Positions 20,105 through 29,949 of a DNA stretch of 64,000 bases are shown here, piece by piece (positions within the stretch are counted from its first letter, which is position 1; each line of letters starts with the position of its first letter). Made by a program: the position numbers and the translations under genes. A model generated the notes under the pieces. That model had not been told where the DNA came from, searched no databases, and was given only the letters and a program-made list of their open reading frames with translations. The stretch covers positions 9,180 through 73,179 of the forward strand of contig WRJA01000002.1 of NCBI GenBank assembly GCA_009782435.1. Reading direction: 5' to 3'. The DNA is from Oscillospiraceae bacterium (GTDB taxonomy: Bacteria; Bacillota; Clostridia; Oscillospirales; Oscillospiraceae).

Positions 20105-20371
20105 AAGAATTGACCCCCGTTCCGAATGTTATTTGAAATTATGCATCAGTCAACTGATTATAGACCGAATCCCGGGATTGTTCAATAAAAACTTATGCAA
20201 GTGGGGGCAAACATCATAAATGACGCAAGTCTTCCCCCACAAAACGGCATCCCGTCAATAGCCGGCCCGGAGAAAAATCTTGCTTAGTTCGCCCGGCAGG
20301 TATATCATCAGTCTGTATTTACTGTTTACCGGCGATGACGCCGGGGATGAATTATCCGGATGGGAGATCGA

Positions 20372-21619
20372 ATGGAACATCTGTCTGAAAATACCCGAAA
20401 GAAAGCTCTCAGATATTTTTTTGCGGTCGCCGCGTTTTGGGCGTTGGGGATCGGAATGAGCGACTTGGTTTTCTCGAATTATTTCAAGGACGCTTACAAT
20501 ATAACCGCGTTCCAGCGCGGGGTGATCGAGTTTCCCCGTGAAATGCCGGGGATAATATGTGTTTTCATAGTGTCGGCGTTAGTTGCCATCGGTGACGTGC
20601 GTATTTCGATTGTTGCGCAGGCGCTGGCGGCCGCGGGTTTGGTTGCGCTCGGGTTCATAACGCCGCCTTTCGGAGTGATGCTGATTTTTTTGTTTGTGAA
20701 TTCGGTCGGAATACATATTTTTTTCCCGCTTTTGGACAGCATCGGCATGAGCCTGCAAGGCGGCAAGAATGTGGGGACCGGGCTGGGGAAACTGAAAAGC
20801 TTCGGCGTCGTATTTTCGCTTATTGCAAGCGTTATCGTTTTTTTCGGCTTCAGGACCGGCTTTTTTTCATTCACGGACAGGATCATTGTTATTTTCCTCT
20901 TGGCGGCAGCCGCCCATATCGTCATAATCGCGCTGCTTTTGCGTATAGACAGGCTGACGCGCGGCGCCCGGCCGAAAAAAACACAGAAAGTGCATTTCGT
21001 AATCAAAAAAAAATACAGCCTTTATTATGTGCTTTGCGTTTGCAACGGCGCGCAAAAACAGATACGCATGGTTTACGGACCGTGGGTGCTCATTGAGCTG
21101 CTGAATAAAAAAGCCGACACTATAGCGATGCTAAGCATAGCGGCATTTTTTACGAGTATATTTTTTGTGAGGTTTGTCGGGTGGATGCTTGACAGATACG
21201 GCGTCAAACGCTCGATCTTGGTTCAAGCGCTCAGTTTTATCGCCGTCTACGCGGCATACGCGGTACTGAGCTACGGTTTTTACGGCGGCGGTTTCTCAGC
21301 GACTGCGGCTTTGCCTGTCGCCGCTTCGTTCGCGGTTTTCATACTCGACCGCATGACGCAGCACTTTACCGTGGTGAACGCGGTCTATATACAATCTATC
21401 GCGGATGTGCCGGAGGACGTAACGCCGTCATTAACGATGGGCTTTGCTCTGGATCACGTCATCTCAATCACCTGCGCTTTCATAGGCGGTGTCGTGTGGT
21501 CGAGCTGGGGCCCTCACTATGTTTTTATCATTACCGCGGCGCTGAGCGTTTTGAATGTTTTCGTCTCATTCAAAGTAAAGACGCCCGCCCCGCAGAAAGC
21601 GGATAACGGGCCGGCCTGA
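20372..21619 (+). CDS. MFS-type transporter
   Basis: About 12 predicted hydrophobic helices. SD GGGAG lies 6 nt before ATG 20372. Confidence 0.65.
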   Translation: MEHLSENTRKKALRYFFAVAAFWALGIGMSDLVFSNYFKDAYNITAFQRGVIEFPREMPGIICVFIVSALVAIGDVRISIVAQALAAAGLVALGFITPPFGVMLIFLFVNSVGIHIFFPLLDSIGMSLQGGKNVGTGLGKLKSFGVVFSLIASVIVFFGFRTGFFSFTDRIIVIFLLAAAAHIVIIALLLRIDRLTRGARPKKTQKVHFVIKKKYSLYYVLCVCNGAQKQIRMVYGPWVLIELLNKKADTIAMLSIAAFFTSIFFVRFVGWMLDRYGVKRSILVQALSFIAVYAAYAVLSYGFYGGGFSATAALPVAASFAVFILDRMTQHFTVVNAVYIQSIADVPEDVTPSLTMGFALDHVISITCAFIGGVVWSSWGPHYVFIITAALSVLNVFVSFKVKTPAPQKADNGPA

Positions 21620-21972
21620 CGGCTTAAATGCTTTTCAATGCTTTTGTTGTTTTTCGGAAGGCGCGTATGAAAAGAATCCTCCTCTGTAGAGGTTGTTTTT
21701 TTGGTAAAAGCAAAAGATATTGATGTTTTCCGTGTTTCGTATCCCGATATGCAGTAAATGAGTATTCATTAATCTGTGAATAACATTTATTTCCTGCCGG
21801 ATTTGAACTCCTTGAATTTCAAGGTTTTGCACATTTTCAACAGAGTTATCAACAGTGAATACCGAGGTTTTCATCCGGAGCGGATTTGAACGGCGCTGTG
21901 AGAATCCGGAGGATCGCACAGAATAACGGTAAATATTACGGGTAAATTCGGTAAAATTTTTGTAAATATGTG

Positions 21973-22002
21973 TTGACAAAAGCAATTTTATGATATTATA
22001 AT
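21973..22002 (+). promoter_or_regulatory. Sigma-A-type promoter of the T-box/trpB2 unit
   Basis: TTGACA (21973-21978), 18-nt spacer, TATAAT (21997-22002). Confidence 0.6.
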
Positions 22003-22009
22003 TTCTATC

Positions 22010-22290
22010 AATCCGATGAACGAGATTAGTAGCTTCGATTTAGTGCATTTCAGAGAGCCGCATGCGGTGGGATTGCGGTATGCGCCGGCGGAGTGAATGG
22101 ACTCGCGAGGGCGAACCGAAAGGCGGCTGATAAGCCGAGTAGGGGAGACGGGAATTGCCCGCCGTTATCAAGGGCACGCGCATGACAGTGCGTATGAGTG
22201 GGCGCGACAGCGTCAAGCCGGGTGGCACCGCAGGAGTTTATGAAGCTCTTGTCCCTGCAAAAAATATGCAGAGGCAGGAGTTATTTTATT
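22010..22290 (+). promoter_or_regulatory. T-box riboswitch leader, tryptophan specifier (UGG)
   Basis: Stem I elements are GATGAACGAGATTAGTA, CAGAGAGCC and GGTGGGA. The specifier loop is GAA-UGG-A (UGG at 22098-22100). An F-box CCGTTA is present. The T-box sequence GGGTGGCACCGCAGG lies at 22220-22234. A 13-bp terminator stem (22246-22280) is followed by TTATTTTATT. Confidence 0.85.
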
Positions 22291-22319
22291 GTCTGCCTCA
22301 GAAAAAGGAGAGGTTAGTA

Positions 22320-23684
22320 ATGGCAAAGATCCCCTACAAGATCAATCTGAGCGAAGAAGAGACCCCGAGGTATTGGATCAACATCCGGGCATTCATGAAA
22401 AACCCGGTTCCGCCGATGTTGAATCCGGCGAACGGAGAGCCTGTTCCGGGGGAAGCGCTGAACGCTTTCTTTTGTGAGGAATTGGCAAAGCAGGAGATGA
22501 ACGAGACGGACCGTTTCATCGAAATACCGGAGGAAGTACGGAATTTTTACATGATGTATCGTCCTTCTCCGCTGGTCAGAGCCTATAATTTGGAAAAGGT
22601 CCTGAACACGCCGGCGGAAATCTATTACAAATTTGAAGGCACGAACACATCAGGCAGTCACAAGCTGAATTCTGCCATAGCGCAGGTCTATTACGCGAAA
22701 CAGCAGGGCTTGAAGCGCTTGACGACGGAAACGGGCGCCGGCCAATGGGGCACGGCTTTGGCCATGGCGTGCGGATTTTTCGGTGTGGAACTCGCCGTAT
22801 ACATGGTTAAGGTATCCGCAGAGCAAAAACCGTACCGCAAAACCGTGATGGAGACATACGGCGCGAAGGTGGTGCCGTCGCCCTCGGACACGACGGAGGC
22901 GGGCAGAAGAATACTTGCCGAAAATCCGGACACCGGCGGCAGCTTGGGCTGCGCTATATCAGAGGCATTGGAAGCTGCCGGTAAAGCCGAAGACTGCCGT
23001 TATGTGCTCGGGAGCGTTATGAATCACGTGCTTTTGCATCAGAGCATAATAGGGCAGGAGACGAAAGCGGCTCTGGATAAATACGGCATAGTTCCGGATA
23101 TCATAATAGGCTGCGCCGGAGGCGGTTCCAATTTCGGAGGACTCATAGCTCCGTTCATGGCCGACAGGATAGAGGGAAAAAACAATATTGAGTTTTTGGC
23201 GGCGGAACCCGCTTCTTGCCCGTCGCTGACGCGCGGCAGGTATGCTTATGATTTCGGCGATACGGGCAAGATGACGCCTCTTATAAAAATGTACACTTTG
23301 GGCAGCGGTTTCATGCCGTCTCCGAATCATGCCGGCGGCTTGAGATATCACGGCATGAGCCCGATCGTGTCAAAGCTCTCAGACGACGGATATATAAAAG
23401 CGGCGGCTTTTGAGCAGCTGCGCGTGTTCGAGGCGGCTACAGTCTTTTGCAAGTGCGAGGGAACTCTGCCCGCGCCGGAGAGCAGTCACGCCATACTCGC
23501 GACTATGGAAGAAGCTGAAAAATGCCGTAAGACCGGTGAAAAGAAAAAAATACTTATGGGACTCACGGGTACGGGGTATTTCGATCTCGGCGCTTATCGG
23601 GATTTTAACGAGAAAAAGATGACGGACTTTATTCCAACTGACGACGATTTGGAAAAAGGCTTTAAAACTCTGCCGATCATCTGA
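22320..23684 (+). CDS. trpB: TrpB-like PLP-dependent enzyme (tryptophan synthase beta, TrpB2 type)
   Basis: 454 aa. N-terminus KIPYKINLSEEETPRYWINI and PLP-lysine motif SGSHKLNSAI. SD GGAGAGG before ATG 22320. The ORF-track start at 22155 lies inside the T-box leader. Confidence 0.85.
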   Translation: MAKIPYKINLSEEETPRYWINIRAFMKNPVPPMLNPANGEPVPGEALNAFFCEELAKQEMNETDRFIEIPEEVRNFYMMYRPSPLVRAYNLEKVLNTPAEIYYKFEGTNTSGSHKLNSAIAQVYYAKQQGLKRLTTETGAGQWGTALAMACGFFGVELAVYMVKVSAEQKPYRKTVMETYGAKVVPSPSDTTEAGRRILAENPDTGGSLGCAISEALEAAGKAEDCRYVLGSVMNHVLLHQSIIGQETKAALDKYGIVPDIIIGCAGGGSNFGGLIAPFMADRIEGKNNIEFLAAEPASCPSLTRGRYAYDFGDTGKMTPLIKMYTLGSGFMPSPNHAGGLRYHGMSPIVSKLSDDGYIKAAAFEQLRVFEAATVFCKCEGTLPAPESSHAILATMEEAEKCRKTGEKKKILMGLTGTGYFDLGAYRDFNEKKMTDFIPTDDDLEKGFKTLPII

Positions 23685-23743
23685 CCGATAAAGCTCGATA
23701 CAAAGAATCCCGCGCAAAATGAAACTGTTCCGCAACATTGATT

Positions 23744-23779
23744 ATCCGGCGGCTAAATGCCGCCGGATAAAGTTTTTTA
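23744..23779 (+). terminator. Rho-independent terminator of trpB2
   Basis: TTATCCGGCGGC-taaat-GCCGCCGGATAA followed by AGTTTTTT. Confidence 0.85.
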
Positions 23780-23846
23780 TACCTTGTCAAAACAGTTGAC
23801 GCAGTCTTGCGCATGGGTTAGTATTAAGAACGGTGGGAGTGATGAG

Positions 23847-25109
23847 ATGAACCGGTATAAACTGAATAAAAAGCATGTCTCATGGGGAATCACGGCTTTT
23901 TGCGTCATTGTGGCCTGCATCGCTTTTTTCTGGATACTGCAGAGATGGGCTGAATTTCACTTGGCCGTCGTTTCGGCAATGTCCGTATTAAGCCCGTTCG
24001 TTTGGGGTTTTGTTATCGCCTACCTGCTTACCCCGATGGTCAGGTGGTTCCAAAGCAAGATTTTTGAGCCGCCGGCCGCAAAGATATTCAAAAGAAAGAA
24101 CAGGACGAGAAGAATATTTGTATTTTCGAGAACTCCCGCCGTAATAATCTCGATTTTGATCATGTATCTTGTGATCGCCGCGCTCCTTTGGCTTATTCTG
24201 CCGCAGGTCTACCACAGTATAGACAGTATACTGAGGAACATGACGCTGTATGTGAGCGTGGCTGAAAACTGGATAGAGAGCATACTCGAAAACTACCCGG
24301 AAGCGGAGGAATATGTTATAACCGTTCTCGGAGACGTTTCAAGCGGTATCGCCACGTGGCTTCGAAACAGCATACTGCCATTTATGGGCAGGGTGATATC
24401 CGGCATATCGACCGGGATGGTCTTTGTTTTAAAAGGAGTGTATGATATTTTGATCGGCACGGTGGTTTCAGCTTATGTTTTGTTCAACAAAGAAACCTTT
24501 GCCGCTCAGAGCAAAAAAGTCCTGTACAGCATTTTTAAGAAAGAAAATGTAAGAAAAATCCTTTATGCGCTTAAATTCACAGACAGAACGATAATGGGCT
24601 TCGTAAGCGGCAAGCTGCTGGATTCGCTGATTATCGGCATATTGTGCTACATATGCTGTTCCGTATTGCAGATGCCCTACGTTCTTTTGGTCAGCGTCAT
24701 AATCGGTATTACAAATATCATACCTTTTTTCGGGCCGTTTATCGGAGCGGTGCCGTGCGCGCTTATTATTCTTATGGTTTCACCCATGCAATGCCTGGTA
24801 TTCGTGATATTCATCATACTGCTGCAGCAGCTTGACGGAAATGTTATCGGACCGAAAATATTAGGCAGTACGGTAGGGATAAACGGCTTTTGGATCATGT
24901 TCTCGATCATACTCGGAGCGGGGCTGTTCGGATTTGTCGGTATGCTTTTGGGAGTGCCGGTATTTACGGTCATTTATGCCGGCTTTCGGTATATTATCAA
25001 CGCGCGGCTGAAAAAACGCGGACTGCCGTCGGACACCGCGAGATATAAACCGAAAGGCGTTATGATAGAGAAACCTTTTCCCGAAGATGAAGTCACGAGA
25101 GGGCAGTGA
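23847..25109 (+). CDS. AI-2E family transporter (PerM/UPF0118)
   Basis: About 8 TM segments. The conserved C-terminal region (ITNIIPFFGPFIGAVP, LDGNVIGPKILG) is typical of the family. SD GGTGGGAG before ATG 23847. Confidence 0.8.
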   Translation: MNRYKLNKKHVSWGITAFCVIVACIAFFWILQRWAEFHLAVVSAMSVLSPFVWGFVIAYLLTPMVRWFQSKIFEPPAAKIFKRKNRTRRIFVFSRTPAVIISILIMYLVIAALLWLILPQVYHSIDSILRNMTLYVSVAENWIESILENYPEAEEYVITVLGDVSSGIATWLRNSILPFMGRVISGISTGMVFVLKGVYDILIGTVVSAYVLFNKETFAAQSKKVLYSIFKKENVRKILYALKFTDRTIMGFVSGKLLDSLIIGILCYICCSVLQMPYVLLVSVIIGITNIIPFFGPFIGAVPCALIILMVSPMQCLVFVIFIILLQQLDGNVIGPKILGSTVGINGFWIMFSIILGAGLFGFVGMLLGVPVFTVIYAGFRYIINARLKKRGLPSDTARYKPKGVMIEKPFPEDEVTRGQ

Positions 25110-26250
25110 AGAGTTTGACGCTCGCCTCTTTCAACCGCTCGCACAGGAGCAGCGCTTCCTGTTCGGAAGAATAACGCGAAAAGCTTATTCTCAAAGCGCC
25201 GTCCGTTACTTTCCCGGGCAGCCCGATCGCTTCCAGTACATGGCTCCGCCCGCCTTTTTTGCAGGCGGAGCTTCTTGATACGTAAATGCCTTTTTCTTCC
25301 AGAAAATTCATAAGGACTTCGCTTTTATGACCCGGCACGGATATGTTCAGAATATGCGGAGCGCCGCCGCCCGTTATGATAAGACCGGGTATTTCGCCGG
25401 TAAGACGATTAGCCGTCAGATCCCTCAATTTACTCATCCGCTCGGCGGTTTCGGCCATGGAATCGACGCCTGTTTTGACGGCTTCTCCGAAAGCGCATAT
25501 TTGCGGCAAGGCTTCGGTTCCCGCGCGTTTTGAGGATTCCTGCCCGCCTCCCGCGATAAACGGGCGCAAGCTGACGCCTTTTCGGACATAAAGCGCGCCG
25601 ACGCCTTTCGGAGCGTGAACTTTATGCCCGGATAAAGATATTAAATCGGCGCCCAAAGCCGAAGATGAGACAGGTATCTTTAAAAAAGCCTGTATCGCGT
25701 CGGTATGCAGCAGAGCTTTTGAATTTTTCAGCTTTAAAGCTTCTGATATTCCCGCGATATCGGTCACAGCGCCGGTTTCGTTGTTCACGAGCATAAGCGA
25801 AATGAATACAGTATCATCCCGAACGGCGCTCATTACGGCTTCCTTCAGTATGCCGCCGCTCGGCGAGGGAGACAGCCGGGTGACTTCGAATCCGTCTGCC
25901 TCGAGCATGTCGAGAGATTTGAGCACAGAGTCGTGTTCAGCTTTTGAGCTTATAATGTGTTTCCCGCGCGGCGCCGCGCGGCGCGCGCCGCACAGCACAG
26001 CCCAGTTGTTGCTCTCGGTGCCTCCGGAAGTAAAGAATACTTCTCCCGTTTCAGCGCCCAACGCGCCCGCTAAAAAAGAACGCGCCTCCTCAAGCGCCTT
26101 TTTCGCGCGTCTGCCGGCGGCGTGCGGAGATGAAGGATTGGCGTAGTTTTCGGTCATGATTTCATAGGCTTTGCGGGCCGCTTCCGGGCATACGATCGTG
26201 GTGGAGGCGTTGTCAAGATAGACCGTCACGGGTTGTGCCCCCCAATACAT
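25093..26250 (-). CDS. Cysteine desulfurase (NifS/IscS class V aminotransferase)
   Basis: VYLDNASTT N-terminus, PLP-lysine motif SLSGHKVHAPKGVGALY and active-site SSACKKG. An alternative GTG start exists at 26229. The 3' end overlaps the convergent gene by 17 nt. Confidence 0.85.
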   Translation of the reverse strand: MYWGAQPVTVYLDNASTTIVCPEAARKAYEIMTENYANPSSPHAAGRRAKKALEEARSFLAGALGAETGEVFFTSGGTESNNWAVLCGARRAAPRGKHIISSKAEHDSVLKSLDMLEADGFEVTRLSPSPSGGILKEAVMSAVRDDTVFISLMLVNNETGAVTDIAGISEALKLKNSKALLHTDAIQAFLKIPVSSSALGADLISLSGHKVHAPKGVGALYVRKGVSLRPFIAGGGQESSKRAGTEALPQICAFGEAVKTGVDSMAETAERMSKLRDLTANRLTGEIPGLIITGGGAPHILNISVPGHKSEVLMNFLEEKGIYVSRSSACKKGGRSHVLEAIGLPGKVTDGALRISFSRYSSEQEALLLCERLKEASVKLFTALS

Positions 26251-26303
26251 TGAGATTTATACAGTATAAACCGTTAACCGGGCGATTACAAGGATGAAAG
26301 ACC

Positions 26304-27593
26304 ATGAAATTTGCCTCCGCGACCTTGGGATGCAAAGTCAATCAATATGAGACGCAAGCTGTTGAGTCGCTTTTGAAAGAGAGGGGCCACTCGCGCGCCG
26401 AGGCTTCAGCGGCGGATGTTATTATTATAAATACATGCGCCGTTACAGAAGAAAGCGAGAGAAAATCAAAGCAGACGATACGCAGGCTGAAGGCTCAAAA
26501 CCCGAAGGCTCTGATCGCGGTGTGCGGCTGCTTTTCGCAGACAGCTCCGGACAAGCTTTCGGGGATGGGAGCGGATATCATGTTCGGGAGCGCGGACAAG
26601 CTGATTTTCGTTTCGGAAATCGAGCGCGTTTTCAACGACCCGACACTGAGAGGAGTACATCATATTGACGATCCGGCGAAGCGCGGATCATTTGAATCTT
26701 TACCGGCCGGCGCGCCGCTCGGACGTACAAGAGCAGTGCTGAAAATACAGGACGGCTGCGATAACTTTTGTTCATACTGCATAATCCCGTTTGCCCGAGG
26801 AAGATCGCGCAGTCTGCCGTTTGAAGAGGCCGCGCGCAGGGCGGGGGAACTGTCCGGTTTGGGCTATAAGGAGATCATACTGACCGGTATTGAGATAGCT
26901 TCATACGGCAAGGACTTAAAAACCGGCCGGGGGCTGATCGATCTGGCGGAGGCAGTTGCAAAAGCCGCGCCGAAAGCTCGCATAAGGCTCGGTTCTCTTG
27001 AACCCGCTGTAATAACCGAGGATTTTTGTTCGAGACTTGCGGGTATAGGGTCAGTTTGCAGACATTTCCATCTGTCGCTCCAATCCGGCTGCGACGAAAT
27101 ATTAAGACTTATGGGACGAAAATACGATACGGAAAAATTTTTTAAGTCGCTTCTCTTGCTTAGAAAGTATTTTCCGGGCTGTGCCGCGGCCTGTGATATT
27201 ATTGTCGGATTTCCCGGGGAAACAGAGGAAGATCACCTTAAAACGATGGAATTCATCGGCAGATGCGAATTTGCTTTTATGCATGTATTTCCGTTTTCAG
27301 CGCGGCCCGGAACAAAAGCGGCGGCAATGAACGCGGAGCTGCCGGCGGCGATCAGGAAAAAAAGAGCCGAAGACGTCCGAAAAGCAGCCGGTGAAATGCG
27401 GGATATCTATCTGCGAAACCGGGTGGGGGAGACGCTGCCGGTGCTGTTTGAAAAAAACGCGGGAGGCGTATCGACAGGCCGGGGAGATAATTATTGCAGG
27501 GTCAAGGCCAACGGTTCCGTAAGGCGAGGCGTTGTCAAAAATGTTCAAATTTCGGGAGTCTCGGGTGAAATGCTTGTAGGAGTAACCGTTTGA
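26304..27593 (+). CDS. mtaB: Radical-SAM methylthiotransferase, MtaB-like (MiaB family)
   Basis: UPF0004 N-domain TLGCKVNQYE, radical SAM motif CDNFCSYC and a C-terminal TRAM-like region. 429 aa. Confidence 0.8.
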   Translation: MKFASATLGCKVNQYETQAVESLLKERGHSRAEASAADVIIINTCAVTEESERKSKQTIRRLKAQNPKALIAVCGCFSQTAPDKLSGMGADIMFGSADKLIFVSEIERVFNDPTLRGVHHIDDPAKRGSFESLPAGAPLGRTRAVLKIQDGCDNFCSYCIIPFARGRSRSLPFEEAARRAGELSGLGYKEIILTGIEIASYGKDLKTGRGLIDLAEAVAKAAPKARIRLGSLEPAVITEDFCSRLAGIGSVCRHFHLSLQSGCDEILRLMGRKYDTEKFFKSLLLLRKYFPGCAAACDIIVGFPGETEEDHLKTMEFIGRCEFAFMHVFPFSARPGTKAAAMNAELPAAIRKKRAEDVRKAAGEMRDIYLRNRVGETLPVLFEKNAGGVSTGRGDNYCRVKANGSVRRGVVKNVQISGVSGEMLVGVTV

Positions 27594-27619
27594 CTTGAGC
27601 TTGCTTTTTTTGTTATAAT
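27590..27619 (+). promoter_or_regulatory. Putative sigma-A promoter of serC-serA
   Basis: TTGACT (27590-27595), 18-nt spacer, TATAAT (27614-27619). Confidence 0.5.
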
Positions 27620-27670
27620 TTTTAAATCAACCGGTGAAACCGGCACATATATTTTCGGGGAGCTTTTGCA

Positions 27671-28762
27671 GTGACAAGGAAAGAGACGTTTAATTTTTCA
27701 TCAGGGCCGTCCGTTTTGCCGGCAGAGGCGCTTGAGCGCGCCGGGGCCGAGATCTGCAATTTCGGCTCAAGCGGCATGTCAGTAATGGAAATGAGTCACA
27801 GAAGTCCGATATACGAAGGCATATTTGCCGAAGTAAAAACGAAGCTGAAAAAAGCGCTTTCGGTGCCTGACAGTCACGAAATACTGTTTTTGCAGGGAGG
27901 GGCGTCGATGCAGTTTTCCATGATTCCCATGAATCTTATGGGAGAGAAAGGCTGCGCTGACTATGCCGTGACAGGAAATTTTTCCGATACAGCGTATAAG
28001 GAAGCAAAAAAATACGGGACGGTAAATCTTGCGGCTTCATCCGAGGATAAAAACCATACTTATATACCTGCGCAAAATGAGATCACAACAGACCCGAACG
28101 CTTCCTATTTTTATTATTGCGCCAATAACACGATATACGGCACGCAGTGGAAATATGTGCCGGAAACAGGCGCCGTGCCGATAGCATGCGACATGTCATC
28201 CGAAATACTGTCAAAACCCGTCGACATAAAAAAATACGGCGTTATTTTCGCCGGCGCGCAAAAAAATATGGCTCCGGCCGGACTGACCGTTGTTATTATC
28301 GATAAAGCCCTTGCGGGACGCGAACTTCCTTTTACGCCGCTTATGATGAGCTATGGGCTTATGATAGAAAAAGACTCGATGTTCAATACTCCTCCGTGCT
28401 GGAATATTTACATTCTCGGTCTTGTTTTGGATTGGCTTGAGAGCAGGGGCGGGGTTATCGGTATGGAAAAGGAAACCGTCGAAAAAGCGAAAATGGTCTA
28501 TGACGTGTTGGATGAAAGCAGACTGTTTAATGCTTGCGCCGAACCCGGAGCGCGATCGAATATGAATATCACCTTCAGAACAAAAAGCCGGGAGATCGAC
28601 GCTGCTTTTGTAAAAGAAGCGGAGGCGCGCGGTTTGCTGAACCTGAAAGGTCACAGGTCGGTCGGCGGGATGCGCGCGTCTGTTTATAACGCGCAGCCGA
28701 TCGAAGGCATACTGGCGCTTGCGGAATACATGAGAGATTTCGAGGTAAAAAATCGTGTTTAA
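27671..28762 (+). CDS. serC: Phosphoserine aminotransferase
   Basis: 363 aa. FNFSSGPSVLP N-terminus and the GAQKNMAPAGLTVVII PLP-lysine region. Confidence 0.9.
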   Translation: MTRKETFNFSSGPSVLPAEALERAGAEICNFGSSGMSVMEMSHRSPIYEGIFAEVKTKLKKALSVPDSHEILFLQGGASMQFSMIPMNLMGEKGCADYAVTGNFSDTAYKEAKKYGTVNLAASSEDKNHTYIPAQNEITTDPNASYFYYCANNTIYGTQWKYVPETGAVPIACDMSSEILSKPVDIKKYGVIFAGAQKNMAPAGLTVVIIDKALAGRELPFTPLMMSYGLMIEKDSMFNTPPCWNIYILGLVLDWLESRGGVIGMEKETVEKAKMVYDVLDESRLFNACAEPGARSNMNITFRTKSREIDAAFVKEAEARGLLNLKGHRSVGGMRASVYNAQPIEGILALAEYMRDFEVKNRV

Positions 28763-29927
28763 AATAAAAACACTCAATAAAATAGCGGAATCGGGCTTGG
28801 AGAGACTTGAGGAGGAAGACTGCGCGGCGGGAAGCGATATGCCGGATCCCGACGGTATTTTGGTGCGCAGCTTCAATATGCACGATTATGTGTTCAATCC
28901 TGAGCTTTTGGCTGTCGCCCGCGCCGGCGCCGGGATCAACAACATCCCGGTCGATCGCTGTACAAAAGAGGGGATAGCGGTATTCAACACCCCCGGGGCG
29001 AACGCCGAGGCAGTTAAGGAGCTTGCGGTATGTGCGCTTTTAATGGCGTCGCGCGATGTGGTGGGCGGCGTTGAGTGGGTGCGCAGTATCGCGGGAAACG
29101 GCGATGAAGTCGCCGCTATGGTGGAACTCGGAAAGTCGAGTTTCGCGGGTCCTGAAATAAGCGGCAAGACATTGGGCGTTGTGGGACTGGGGGCGATAGG
29201 CGCGAGGATAGCGAATATCGCTTTGGAATTCGGTATGAAGGTGTACGGTTTTGATCCGTATTTATCGGTGGACGCGGCGTGGCAGCTCTCGCGAGAGGTT
29301 ACAAGGGCTCACGACATCGACACTGTATATAAGAACTGTGACTATATCACCCTTCATATACCGTACCTTCCGGCGACACACGGTATGATAAACGAGGACG
29401 CCTTATCAAAAATGCGCGAAGGTGTGCGGCTCATCAATCTGGCCCGAGGGGAACTTGTATGCGATGAAGACCTGATTGCCGCTCTTGATACTGCGAAGGT
29501 GGCGAGATATGTCACAGATTTTCCCAACGGGCAAATCGCCGGCTTGCCGAATGTGGTGCCTCTGCCGCATTTGGGCGCGTCAACGCCCGAAAGCGAGGAA
29601 AAATGCGCGGAAATGGCGGCCGCCGAACTCTGTGACTATTTAAAAAACGGCAACGTAAAAAACTCGGTCAATTTGCCGCCTGTGTTTTTGGACAGGATCG
29701 GGATCAGTCGGTTGTGTGTTATACATTTAAATGTGCCGCGGGTGATAACGCGCATACTTGATCTTATCGGCGGATTGGATATCAATGTTGAGCATATGAT
29801 CAACAAGCAGCGCGGAGAGTACGCTTATACGATCATAGACACCGGCACAAGAATAAACGGAGATATTTCAGAAAACATTCGCAAAATGAAAGAAGTCATA
29901 CGCGTCAGGATTCTGCAAAACGAATAA
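28755..29927 (+). CDS. serA: D-3-phosphoglycerate dehydrogenase (with C-terminal ACT-like domain)
   Basis: 2-hydroxyacid dehydrogenase NAD motif GVVGLGAIGARIA and catalytic region LINLARGELV...PHLGAST. The GTG start overlaps the serC end by 8 nt. Confidence 0.85.
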   Translation: MFKIKTLNKIAESGLERLEEEDCAAGSDMPDPDGILVRSFNMHDYVFNPELLAVARAGAGINNIPVDRCTKEGIAVFNTPGANAEAVKELAVCALLMASRDVVGGVEWVRSIAGNGDEVAAMVELGKSSFAGPEISGKTLGVVGLGAIGARIANIALEFGMKVYGFDPYLSVDAAWQLSREVTRAHDIDTVYKNCDYITLHIPYLPATHGMINEDALSKMREGVRLINLARGELVCDEDLIAALDTAKVARYVTDFPNGQIAGLPNVVPLPHLGASTPESEEKCAEMAAAELCDYLKNGNVKNSVNLPPVFLDRIGISRLCVIHLNVPRVITRILDLIGGLDINVEHMINKQRGEYAYTIIDTGTRINGDISENIRKMKEVIRVRILQNE

Positions 29928-29941
29928 GCGGAAGGCCGCTT
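29926..29941. terminator. Short hairpin between convergent serA and the cupin-like gene
   Basis: AAGCGG-aagg-CCGCTT. Confidence 0.4.
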
Positions 29942-29949
29942 GACTCTTG

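Noticed and set aside
20201-20240. GTGGGGG...CCCCCAC inverted repeat in the pgi/MFS divergent region
   Set aside because: It is a 7-bp stem with a 26-nt loop, so it is thermodynamically weak. It has no flanking signal and could easily arise by chance.
21775-21854. DnaA-box-like 9-mers (TTATTCACA on the minus strand at 21775-21783; TTATCAACA at 21846; TTTTCAACA at 21834), raising the idea of an origin
   Set aside because: Only one is a perfect match to the consensus. There is no dnaA or dnaN nearby and no clear AT-rich unwinding element. A few near-matches are expected by chance in AT-rich DNA.
21635-21985. 116-aa minus-strand ORF filling the AT-rich gap (and an 18-aa plus-strand ORF at 21667-21723)
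   Set aside because: The TTG start lies inside the spacer of the opposing promoter. There is no SD for it or for the internal ATG (21874), and the sequence has no protein-like motifs. An open frame this long in AT-rich DNA is mildly odd, so the region is reported as a non-coding finding instead.
22155-22319. N-terminal 55-codon extension of the trpB2 ORF (track start 22155)
   Set aside because: This segment is the T-box leader, including the T-box sequence and the terminator. A strong SD and ATG at 22320 give the canonical TrpB2 N-terminus.
28211-28876. 221-aa ORF antisense to serC/serA
   Set aside because: It is a shadow ORF of serC, with no domain signature and no SD.
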